Assembly (NCBI RefSeq): GCF_050742655.1
Contig: NZ_JBOIGG010000017.1
Location: forward strand, 10,144-74,143
Source: Paraburkholderia sp.
Lineage (GTDB): Bacteria > Pseudomonadota > Gammaproteobacteria > Burkholderiales > Burkholderiaceae
Reading direction: 5' to 3'
DNA: 64,000 bases
The notes beneath the pieces are model-generated. The model saw only the letters and a list, made by a program, of their open reading frames with translations, was not told the origin of the DNA and did no database searches. Positions within the stretch are counted from its first letter, which is position 1. Every line of letters starts with the position of its first letter. Below, in pieces: positions 11,192 through 19,199 of this stretch. A program made the translations under genes and the position numbers.

Positions 11192-11796
11192 GCGATTTCC
11201 CAGAACAGGACAAGTTTAGAGTCCGCAAGATTCGAGTAAAGGTTCTCCGGGCCGACGCCAATGAAGGATAGCGGGTTCCATATCCAGCTTATGCCAAGCG
11301 TAAATCGAAGGGTAGTCTCGGAGCTTGGAGTAAGTCGATCTCCATTCCACAAATCAATATGATCTCCCGTCGGGGTTTTTTCTTTGAGATTGCGCCGCCA
11401 ATAACTGCCAAAGAAAATGATCCCTGTTTTGCCTTTTACTTTATCTCGCCAGTCCGCTCCCGTCACGGTCTCCGGCGACGGACAACCGGCAAAAGGACGA
11501 CGCCGCAGCCACTCCGACACTTCTTTTGCTCGAAGCATATGGCTAGGAGGATGACCATGGAACCAGCATTTCTCGCCCTTGAATGACTTGTTGGTGATGC
11601 CTGTACCCGCGAGACATGTACCAAAGCGAATAGCGCATTCGTCCTCGAAGGCCGGTTCGCCAGTAGACGGGTCGATACACGGGTCGGAATGGGGATACGC
11701 TCTCCACAACTCGGCGAAGGTGACAACCTTCAACGTCACTTCCTTTATTGAACCCGGCGTGGTGTTCGTTCTAACAATTGTCTTCCGGTTCGGCAT
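11188..11796 (-). CDS. T6SS peptidoglycan amidase effector, Tae4 family
   Basis: ECAIRF (catalytic Cys motif, compare NxCAxR), VKGKTGIIFF and GDHIDLWNG (catalytic His motif). Lies directly downstream of a PAAR gene. Confidence 0.82.
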   Translation of the reverse strand: MPNRKTIVRTNTTPGSIKEVTLKVVTFAELWRAYPHSDPCIDPSTGEPAFEDECAIRFGTCLAGTGITNKSFKGEKCWFHGHPPSHMLRAKEVSEWLRRRPFAGCPSPETVTGADWRDKVKGKTGIIFFGSYWRRNLKEKTPTGDHIDLWNGDRLTPSSETTLRFTLGISWIWNPLSFIGVGPENLYSNLADSKLVLFWEIA

Positions 11797-11799
11797 CGC

Positions 11800-12333
11800 T
11801 CAGGCTCCATCCTGCTTTGCGAGAGCTTCATCGCCCCAGTGCACCGTGTAGTCTTCGCAAGAATCGGTATAGACGCGCGGCAAGCGCCCACTTTTATCAA
11901 GATGGCCTGAAGCGATTCGGGTACCCGCGTTCTCGATAACATACGGATAGCCTTCGAGTACCGCACCGGGAGCAACGACGCGCACCTGTTCGTCATAGGG
12001 TTGTCTGTCTGACTGTGTCGATGCAACGACACCGCCCGAGCCCTCAAGCCCACCACCACCCTCAAGAAAAATCCCCGGATTACTCCCTACGATGACCCGG
12101 TTTTTCCCGCACGGACACAACACCCGATCCCCATCAATCACGACATCGCGGCCTTTCTCGGACATTCCCTTGCCCGTGCCGAAAATCCTGAATGTGCCTT
12201 TGCAGTTGCGGCAGGTCGCCAGATCGCCACTTAGTGCAACCTTCCTGGTGCCATCGTGGATGGTGGACGACAAGGCGATGACAACGCCGCCGGTCGTCGT
12301 GGGATCGCCGTGCCTGATCGCGGCCTTACGCAT
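11800..12333 (-). CDS. PAAR domain protein with C-terminal extension
   Basis: AIRHGDPTTTGGVV, ALSGD.ATC..CKG and DGD..LCPCG motifs, then a Gly-rich linker and about 80 aa of extension. Start moved to ATG 12333. Confidence 0.88.
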   Translation of the reverse strand: MRKAAIRHGDPTTTGGVVIALSSTIHDGTRKVALSGDLATCRNCKGTFRIFGTGKGMSEKGRDVVIDGDRVLCPCGKNRVIVGSNPGIFLEGGGGLEGSGGVVASTQSDRQPYDEQVRVVAPGAVLEGYPYVIENAGTRIASGHLDKSGRLPRVYTDSCEDYTVHWGDEALAKQDGA

Positions 12334-12758
12334 GATGTCTGTCTCGCACACGCGATGAGCCTGTCGCGGCAAACAGGCACATCGTTTCGTTCTCCCGCTG
12401 CTTCGGCATCGCTGACACGCTCCTCGTAAAACGTTCGTGGCCTACTCACACGACGCTAACGTGTCCCGCACGGGTCGATGTCAACAATTGTCACCGCGAG
12501 AAAACCTCCGCCGCCGGCCTCATGCAGCCGCTACCGCGAAGCCACCCCAGTTCCTCCCGCCTCACCAAACCACGCCCCCGAAAGAGTTACAATTGCGCTC
12601 TTTCGAGCACAAAACCCGTACAAAACCGTGCCCATGCGCCGGCCTCGTACCGTTTGTCTCGTCCCGGATTCACCTTGCGACTGCCCGCTCCAGTTGTCAC
12701 CGAGCGCTGTGACCCACGTCGACCGGTCGCAAATCCACTGATTGATTAAAGGTCTTCC

Positions 12759-13853
12759 ATGAGCCTCAAATGCGGCATCGTCGGCCTGCCGAACGTCGGC
12801 AAGTCCACCCTGTTCAACGCACTGACCAAGGCCGGCATCGCCGCCGAAAACTATCCGTTCTGCACGATCGAACCGAACGTCGGCATCGTCGAGGTGCCGG
12901 ACGCGCGTCTGAACGCACTCGCCGAGATCGTCAAGCCGGAGCGGATCGTGCCGGCCGTCGTCGAATTCGTCGACATCGCGGGCCTCGTTGCGGGCGCGAG
13001 CAAGGGCGAAGGGCTCGGCAACCAGTTCCTCGCGAACATCCGAGAAACCGATGCGATCACGCACGTCGTGCGCTGCTTCGAGGATGACAACGTGATCCAC
13101 GTCGCGGGCAAGGTCGATCCGCTGTCGGACATCGAGGTGATCAACACGGAGCTCGCGCTCGCCGACCTCGCCACCGTCGAAAAGTCGCTGTCGCGCTACT
13201 CGAAGGCCGCGAAATCGGGTAACGACAAGGAAGCCGGGAAGCTCGCCGCCGTGCTGGAAAAAGTCCGCGCGCAGCTCGACCAGGCGAAGCCGGTCCGCGC
13301 GCTGTCGCTGTCGGACGATGAAGAGGCGATCCTCAAGCCGTTCTGCCTGATCACCGCGAAACCCACGATGTACGTCGCGAACGTGATGGACGATGGCTTC
13401 GAGAACAACCCGCATCTCGACGCAGTCCGCCGCCACGCGGAAGCGGAAAACGCACCGGTCATCGCGGTGTGTGCAGCGATCGAAGCGGAGATCGCCGATC
13501 TCGCCGACGAAGACAAGGAAGTCTTCCTCGCCGACATGGGCATGGAAGAGCCAGGTCTGAATCGCGTGATCCGCGCGGGCTTCAAACTGCTCGGTCTGCA
13601 GACCTACTTCACCGCCGGCGTGAAGGAAGTACGCGCGTGGACGATCCACATCGGCGACACGGCGCCGCAGGCAGCCGGCGTGATCCACACGGATTTCGAG
13701 CGCGGCTTCATCCGTGCGCAGACCATCGGCTTCGCGGACTTCGTCGCGTACAAGGGCGAACACGGCGCGAAGGAAGCCGGCAAGATGCGCGCCGAAGGCA
13801 AGGAATATGTCGTGCACGACGGCGACGTGATGAACTTCCTGTTCAACGTCTGA
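12759..13853 (+). CDS. ychF: redox-regulated ATPase YchF
   Basis: [38 protein letters not shown] and C-terminal TGS domain ([10 protein letters not shown]). Confidence 0.98.
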   Translation: MSLKCGIVGLPNVGKSTLFNALTKAGIAAENYPFCTIEPNVGIVEVPDARLNALAEIVKPERIVPAVVEFVDIAGLVAGASKGEGLGNQFLANIRETDAITHVVRCFEDDNVIHVAGKVDPLSDIEVINTELALADLATVEKSLSRYSKAAKSGNDKEAGKLAAVLEKVRAQLDQAKPVRALSLSDDEEAILKPFCLITAKPTMYVANVMDDGFENNPHLDAVRRHAEAENAPVIAVCAAIEAEIADLADEDKEVFLADMGMEEPGLNRVIRAGFKLLGLQTYFTAGVKEVRAWTIHIGDTAPQAAGVIHTDFERGFIRAQTIGFADFVAYKGEHGAKEAGKMRAEGKEYVVHDGDVMNFLFNV

Positions 13854-13860
13854 CGACGAA
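13843..13860 (+). repeat. degenerate direct repeat copy 1 (overlaps ychF stop)
   Basis: TCAACGTCtgaCGACGAA matches 27890-27907 at 15 of 18 positions. Confidence 0.4.
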
Positions 13861-13875
13861 CCACACCCCGGATTG

Positions 13876-13907
13876 ACGACCCCATGGACCTTGCGCCATG
13901 GGGTCGT
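13876..13907. terminator. hairpin between convergent ychF and 13937 gene
   Basis: ACGACCCCATGG-accttgcg-CCATGGGGTCGT, a perfect 12-bp stem with no U-tract. Confidence 0.55.
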
Positions 13908-13936
13908 GAAGAACCTGCGTCAGGTCAGCGTCGACG

Positions 13937-14470
13937 TCATTGCGCGCCCGACGTCTTGTCCACACCGGTTACCGTCTTGTACGGTGGCACGGCCTTCGGG
14001 TCGTTCATCGTCTTGTCGATCACCTGATCGACGTCGGCGGTCTTTCCGAGTTCGACCAGAAACTTCTGCTTGTCGAAGTCCGGCGACACGCATCCTTCCA
14101 CATAGATAAAACGCCGTTGCAGCGTGAGCCACAGCGTCGTGCTGTCACGCCAATGGGTCGCGTAGTTGATGTTCGTCAGGCGCCGTCCAACCGCCTCCTC
14201 GATCTCCTTGTCGTACAGATAGCCGTTCGACAGCCGGCAACGCCCCTCCACCCAGCAGCTGTTGCCGCGCTCGATCCGGTAATGCGCCTCGTCGAGCCAC
14301 TCCTGCTCGGTCTCGAGCGGCCCGAGCGGCACCGGGCAATCGGCGATCGCCTTCGAGACCTGGAAGAACGGATCGTGGCCGCGGTTCACGCGCGTTTCGT
14401 CGGCGAGCGTCACCTGGCTTGCCAGCGAAATCACGAGTGCCGCGATGCGGCAACCGGTCAGGTATTTCAT
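13937..14470 (-). CDS. secreted Cys-containing hypothetical protein (BON-like C-terminal half possible)
   Basis: Start ATG 14470 (MKYLTGC...), signal-peptide-like N-terminus, CP..GP and GNSCW.EGRCR motifs, and normal codon usage. Confidence 0.65.
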   Translation of the reverse strand: MKYLTGCRIAALVISLASQVTLADETRVNRGHDPFFQVSKAIADCPVPLGPLETEQEWLDEAHYRIERGNSCWVEGRCRLSNGYLYDKEIEEAVGRRLTNINYATHWRDSTTLWLTLQRRFIYVEGCVSPDFDKQKFLVELGKTADVDQVIDKTMNDPKAVPPYKTVTGVDKTSGAQ

Positions 14471-14547
14471 CGGCGTCCTTCTCCTTTGCGTTCTCTGGCA
14501 TCGAGCATCGGCACGTCGTCGGCAATCATACTGCGCGGGCCTGCCCA

Positions 14548-14640
14548 CTTGCGCGCGAGCAGCGCGACGCGCCTCGCTTCGGCCAGACAATACGCGCACG
14601 CGGCGCCGACGATAGCGCCATCCATCACCACGAAGTCGAC
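14548..14640 (-). pseudogene. decayed N-terminal fragment of a DAO-type FAD-dependent oxidoreductase
   Basis: Reads VDFVVMDGAIVGAACAYCLAEARRVALLARK, a Rossmann beta-alpha-beta with the GxGxxG motif damaged. It has no start codon of its own and no continuation. Confidence 0.45.
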
Positions 14641-14642
14641 GT

Positions 14643-15239
14643 TCAAATCAGTTTCTCGCGATCCAGCCAGGCCACGACCGCGTTCGCTGACTGCTCCGCA
14701 TTCCATTGCGCGGTGTCGAGACGTAGCTCCGGTTGTTCGGGCGCCTCGTAGGGCGAGTCGATACCCGTGAAATGCGTGATGAGTCCGCTGCGCGCCTTGC
14801 GATAGAGGCCCTTCGGATCGCGTGCCTCCGCGACCTCGAGCGGTGCGTCGACGTGGATTTCGACGAACTCGCGTTCGCCGAACAGTCGCCGTGCGGCGAG
14901 CCGCTGCTCGCGAAACGGCGAGATGAACGTGACGAGCACGATCAGTCCGGCATCGACCATCAGCCTCGCGACCTCGCCGGCACGCCGCACGTTCTCGACG
15001 CGATCCTCATCGGTGAAGCCGAGATCGCGGTTGAGCCGCTGACGCACGTTGTCACCGTCAAGCACAAAGCAGTGGCGGTTGCGCGCGAAGAGCCGCTCGT
15101 CGACGAGATTCGCGATCGTCGATTTACCCGCTCCCGACAAACCGGTGAACCATAGTACGCACGGCTGCTGGTTCTTCTGCGCAGCGCGGGCTTCGGCACC
15201 GATCGTCACGTTCTGCCAGATGAGATTGTTTCCACTCAT
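14643..15239 (-). CDS. cysC: adenylyl-sulfate (APS) kinase
   Basis: [13 protein letters not shown]-loop, LDGDNVR, GFTDEDR.EN, ISP and [22 protein letters not shown] motifs. Confidence 0.95.
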   Translation of the reverse strand: MSGNNLIWQNVTIGAEARAAQKNQQPCVLWFTGLSGAGKSTIANLVDERLFARNRHCFVLDGDNVRQRLNRDLGFTDEDRVENVRRAGEVARLMVDAGLIVLVTFISPFREQRLAARRLFGEREFVEIHVDAPLEVAEARDPKGLYRKARSGLITHFTGIDSPYEAPEQPELRLDTAQWNAEQSANAVVAWLDREKLI

Positions 15240-15269
15240 GGACGAATTCTCCAGACACCCCGCGTGGGC

Positions 15270-16451
15270 TTAGGGCTGCGATACCGCCGCCGTGCGACGC
15301 AACGCCGCAAGCGGGACAAGACCTGCCGACGCGACCGCGAATACGAGCATAACCGCGTAGATCGCCGGGTAGCCGGTGCGGCTCGCGACGAAGCCCGCAG
15401 CGATACCGCCCGCGGCCACGCCGAGATCCCAGAACGACGTGAACATCCCGAGCGCGGCGCCGTGCTGCGAGGTATCGGTGTTGCGGATCACGACGAGCGC
15501 AAGCGACGGATACAGCAGCGACAAACCAAGCCCCATCGTAAAACCGCCAGCTACCGCAACAGCAAGCGAAGGCGCGATGCCGACCAGCGCAAGGCCGCAC
15601 GCCTCGACAAGCGCGGCGCCCAGCGCGACGCGGTATGGTCCGAGCTTGTCGGGCAGGTGACCGAGGAAGAGCCGCGACCCGACATACGCGAAGCCGAACA
15701 CGTTGAACGCCAGGATGCCATTGTCGATGCCCCGCTTCGCCATGTGCAGCGAAACGAACGACGCGAGTGCCGCATAACCCATCGATGCAAACGCGAGCGC
15801 TATACCAGGCACGAATGCCGTACCCGGAAAGAACGCCGTCTTTTTCGCCGCGCGGACACGTGCCGGCGCCGCCTTGCGCGAAATCAGCAGCGCGCCCACC
15901 ACCGGCGTGACCGTGCAGACCGCCCAGACCGACCCGAAATCGAGCGCCTTCATGAGCATCACGCCGGCGAGCGCGCCGAGCGTGACGCCAGTCCACATGC
16001 TAACGCCGTACAGGCCGACGATCTTGCCGCGCCGCTCGGCCGGCGCGAGTGCGACGAGCCACGTTGCGCCGGCCGTGAACACCGCCCCCTCGCCGATGCC
16101 GTGCAGCACCCTGACCGCGACCAGCGCGTCCAGGTTCGACGCCACCGCATAGCTCGCACCCGCGAGCGCGCAGAGCACGGCCCCGGCCATCATCAGTGTC
16201 TTGTGGCCGATGCGATCGGACAGACGCCCGGCGATGGGCCGCGTAATCACCACGGCCACCGCGATCGCAGCGATCACCGTACCGACGCTGACGTCGCCGC
16301 CGCCCATCCTGTCTTTCACGTAGAACGGCAGGACGGAAAGCGTCGCACCGATGCCGAAGTGACAACAGAAAAGGCCGAGAAAAAGCGGCATGTAAGTCCC
16401 GTAGAACCGCCACCCCGATGTCTTGACGCTGGCTTCAGTGCGCTCGTCCAT
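15270..16451 (-). CDS. MFS transporter
   Basis: About 12 hydrophobic segments, motif A GRLSDRIGHK and second-half LPDKLG. Confidence 0.9.
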   Translation of the reverse strand: MDERTEASVKTSGWRFYGTYMPLFLGLFCCHFGIGATLSVLPFYVKDRMGGGDVSVGTVIAAIAVAVVITRPIAGRLSDRIGHKTLMMAGAVLCALAGASYAVASNLDALVAVRVLHGIGEGAVFTAGATWLVALAPAERRGKIVGLYGVSMWTGVTLGALAGVMLMKALDFGSVWAVCTVTPVVGALLISRKAAPARVRAAKKTAFFPGTAFVPGIALAFASMGYAALASFVSLHMAKRGIDNGILAFNVFGFAYVGSRLFLGHLPDKLGPYRVALGAALVEACGLALVGIAPSLAVAVAGGFTMGLGLSLLYPSLALVVIRNTDTSQHGAALGMFTSFWDLGVAAGGIAAGFVASRTGYPAIYAVMLVFAVASAGLVPLAALRRTAAVSQP

Positions 16452-16509
16452 CTGTCGCTCCCTGTCCCGTTACTGAGCTAGTCACCACTGTCTCCTCCAC
16501 ACCGCGCCG

Positions 16510-17364
16510 CTAGCCCGGCATCGCGTGGAAAAAGTGTGTCGGCAGATGGACGGCGAGCCCCTCATAAATTTCCGCGCAAACCGCCAGACCGTCGCTCGCA
16601 AACGTGCCGGCGGGCGGCGTACCGACGCGGATCACCGACTTGCCCGTATGAAGCAGACGCGCGGCCACCGCGAAATCGCCGACGAGCGCACAACCCGGCG
16701 CGACCATCCGCGTGCGCACGATGATCGTGCCGTTCGCCTTCAGGTCGGCGAGGATGCTGCCCTTGCCGAGCATCTGATGATAGTAGTCGACGGAATTGAC
16801 GATCATCGCGTGCGCGGTCGCGCCGTTCTGCTCGATCTCGTTGCAGGCGGCCAGCACGCCGTCGACATAGCTGCCCGAATACTTGAGCTGCGTCACGCCG
16901 GGGTAGTTCAGAAGCCCGTTGGGGCCGAGCGTCAGCGCCTGGTTCTCGGCGGTCGCGAGCCGCACCAGCAGACGGTAGTCGATGAACTCGGCGATCGCCC
17001 GCTCGTCGGCGAAGAGCGCTTCGGGAAGCTGCACCCATCCGGAGATCGGCCGCACGGCAGCCTCGCTCGTGCCGAAGCGGAACGTTGCTTCTTGACGGAG
17101 CGCCCCTTCGAAGACATCTCCCGTCTGGCCCGCGGGCGGCCGGCTCTCGGACCAGAAGCGGCTCGTCGGCGTGTCGATGCGGCGCTTCCGGAACAGCTGG
17201 CTCACCATCAGGCGCGGCCGGTCCTGCGTCGGCTTGAACGCCTCGGTGATCGTGTAATCGAAATGAACCTCGGTGTTCGGACCATGGACGACGAACGCGC
17301 GGGCAAATGCCTCGCCCGACGAAAGCTGCTCGACTGCATCGACCGCGGATGGATTGCCTGACAT
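16510..17364 (-). CDS. HK97-fold capsid-like protein, putative family 3 encapsulin shell
   Basis: EATFRFGTSEAAVRPISGWVQLPEALFADERAIAEFIDYRLLVRLATAENQAL resembles the HK97 major-capsid P-domain/spine helix. The C-terminal LVGDF and EIYEGLAV..P..F also fit. It is 284 aa, sits inside a biosynthetic operon, and has no phage genes nearby. Confidence 0.78.
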   Translation of the reverse strand: MSGNPSAVDAVEQLSSGEAFARAFVVHGPNTEVHFDYTITEAFKPTQDRPRLMVSQLFRKRRIDTPTSRFWSESRPPAGQTGDVFEGALRQEATFRFGTSEAAVRPISGWVQLPEALFADERAIAEFIDYRLLVRLATAENQALTLGPNGLLNYPGVTQLKYSGSYVDGVLAACNEIEQNGATAHAMIVNSVDYYHQMLGKGSILADLKANGTIIVRTRMVAPGCALVGDFAVAARLLHTGKSVIRVGTPPAGTFASDGLAVCAEIYEGLAVHLPTHFFHAMPG

Positions 17365-17425
17365 GAGCTTGCCTCGCTATAAGGAGAAAACGGATTGAAG
17401 AACCAGACGCGATACTGAAGACGGG

Positions 17426-18151
17426 TCACCGGATCGCATGGCAAACCAGTCGCTCGTAAAACGGACGATGGTGCTCGAAGTACTGCTTGAGCATCGGGTG
17501 GTTGTCGACCGTCGCCTCATAGTCGTGGTGCTGCGCGCTGAATCCCGAGCTTTGCGACACGCCCGTATGCCACTGCCGCGTGCGCTGCCATTCGGGCCGG
17601 TCCTCGGGCTGCCATGTCAGCGCATGGTCGAGGAACGGCAGCCCGGTCTCGCAGCACCAGCGCGCGATGACCGCTCGCGGGTCCGCGATGAGCCGCTCGG
17701 CGTCGATCACGATCGGTAACGAGGACTTCAGGCCGCGCACGAGTTCGAAGATCTCGAACAGGTGCTCATAGCCCACCTCGGGACAGGTGATCGTGGGCTT
17801 CATGTGATATAGCGAACTGATCGTCCGATGCGGCTCGCGCACGATGAATGTGTGCTCGAAATCGGCGATCGCTTCGGGATGCTCGAACAGATAGCGGTAG
17901 CGGTGCTCGACCGTGTCCTTGAAGAACACGGGACGCGTCTGCGCCAGCGCGCGCATCTGCGCGAACAGCGCGGCCTCCGATTCCACTTCGACGGTCGAGC
18001 CGTCGACCTCCGGCACGCTCACGCGCCCGGTATCGATCAGTGTGACGAGCGGCTCATGGATCACGGTCACGTCGCCGCGCTCGAGCATCATGCGCAGGAA
18101 CGCCGTCGACATCGCCCGCTGATGGGCCCACATCGCGATGATCTTGTTCAC
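17426..18151 (-). CDS. sulfotransferase family protein
   Basis: N-terminal IIAMWAHQRAMSTAFLR (5'-PSB-like loop), HEPL, IVREPHRTISS (3'-PB-like) and VIDAERL. GTG start with a GGAGG Shine-Dalgarno. Confidence 0.75.
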   Translation of the reverse strand: MNKIIAMWAHQRAMSTAFLRMMLERGDVTVIHEPLVTLIDTGRVSVPEVDGSTVEVESEAALFAQMRALAQTRPVFFKDTVEHRYRYLFEHPEAIADFEHTFIVREPHRTISSLYHMKPTITCPEVGYEHLFEIFELVRGLKSSLPIVIDAERLIADPRAVIARWCCETGLPFLDHALTWQPEDRPEWQRTRQWHTGVSQSSGFSAQHHDYEATVDNHPMLKQYFEHHRPFYERLVCHAIR

Positions 18152-18177
18152 GCATCACCTCCCTTGATCCGTCGCAA

Positions 18178-19161
18178 TCATTGCGACCACGCAGTCGGCA
18201 GACGATCCCAACGATGCCGGCGTAACTCCGCCAGCAGCTCGGGCGACAGCGGCGGCGCATCGCTCACGGCCATGTTGGCCCGCACGTTCGCGATCTGTCG
18301 CATGCCGGGAATCACCGTCGACACGGCCGGGTGATGAAGAATGAAACGCAGCGCGAGTTCCGGCAGCGTGGCGCCGTCGGGCACGATGCGCTTCAGCGCG
18401 TCGGCCCGCTCGACCGTCGGTCCGAGATTCTCCGGACCGAAGTAGGTGCTGCGCCAGTCTTCGGGCGGGAAGGTGCTCGTTCGCGTCAGCGTGCCGGTCA
18501 GGCCGCCTTCGTCGAAAGGCACGCGCGCGATGATCCCGATGTCGCGTTCCAGCGCCACGCGGAACAATTCGTCTTCGGGCGCCTGATCGAAAATGTTGTA
18601 GATCACCTGGATCACGTCGATGAGCCCGGTCTCGATCGCCTTCACGCAATTGCCCGGCTCCCAGCGATTCACGCTGATCCCGATGCCCTCGATGAGACCT
18701 TCGGCACGCAGGTCGCTCATCGTGCGCTGCCACGATTCGTCGTTGGCCCAGCGGTCGTCCCACACATGGAATTGCATCAGGTCGATCCGGTCGACACCGA
18801 GATTCTCGATACTGCGCTGGGTGTACTCGCGAATGTGCGCGGCCGGAAACACGTCGTCGAGCGTGTCGTTGGCGCGAGGCGGCCACTCGCGGTTCTTCGG
18901 TGGAATCTTCGTCGCGACGTACAGCCGACGATCAGAATGCGCATGCAGCACGCGACCCAGCATCTGCTCGCTGATACCGCGTCCGTAGACCCATGCGGTG
19001 TCGAAAAAATTGCAGCCGGCTTCGACTGCCGCATCGAGGCAGAGAGGCGCGGTGTCGTAGTTGGCACCAGTGAAATTGCCCGGGCCGCCGGCAATGCCCC
19101 ACATGCCGTAGCCGATCTCGCTAACCTGCCAGCCGAGACGTCCCATCCTTCGGTAATGCAT
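18178..19161 (-). CDS. aldo/keto reductase
   Basis: VSEIGYGMW, GCNFFDTAWVYG.G.SE, VATK, SIENLGVDRIDLMQFH and VIPG motifs. Start moved to ATG 19161 (MHYRRMG), with AGGAG upstream. Confidence 0.92.
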   Translation of the reverse strand: MHYRRMGRLGWQVSEIGYGMWGIAGGPGNFTGANYDTAPLCLDAAVEAGCNFFDTAWVYGRGISEQMLGRVLHAHSDRRLYVATKIPPKNREWPPRANDTLDDVFPAAHIREYTQRSIENLGVDRIDLMQFHVWDDRWANDESWQRTMSDLRAEGLIEGIGISVNRWEPGNCVKAIETGLIDVIQVIYNIFDQAPEDELFRVALERDIGIIARVPFDEGGLTGTLTRTSTFPPEDWRSTYFGPENLGPTVERADALKRIVPDGATLPELALRFILHHPAVSTVIPGMRQIANVRANMAVSDAPPLSPELLAELRRHRWDRLPTAWSQ

Positions 19162-19199
19162 CGCGACTCCTCGCTTGTAACTACCTTGTGTCATTCGTA

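Noticed and set aside
16510-17364. Prophage remnant interpretation of the capsid-like gene
   Set aside because: No terminase, portal, protease, tail, integrase or lysis genes were seen in the window. The gene is intact and embedded in operon spacing among metabolic genes.
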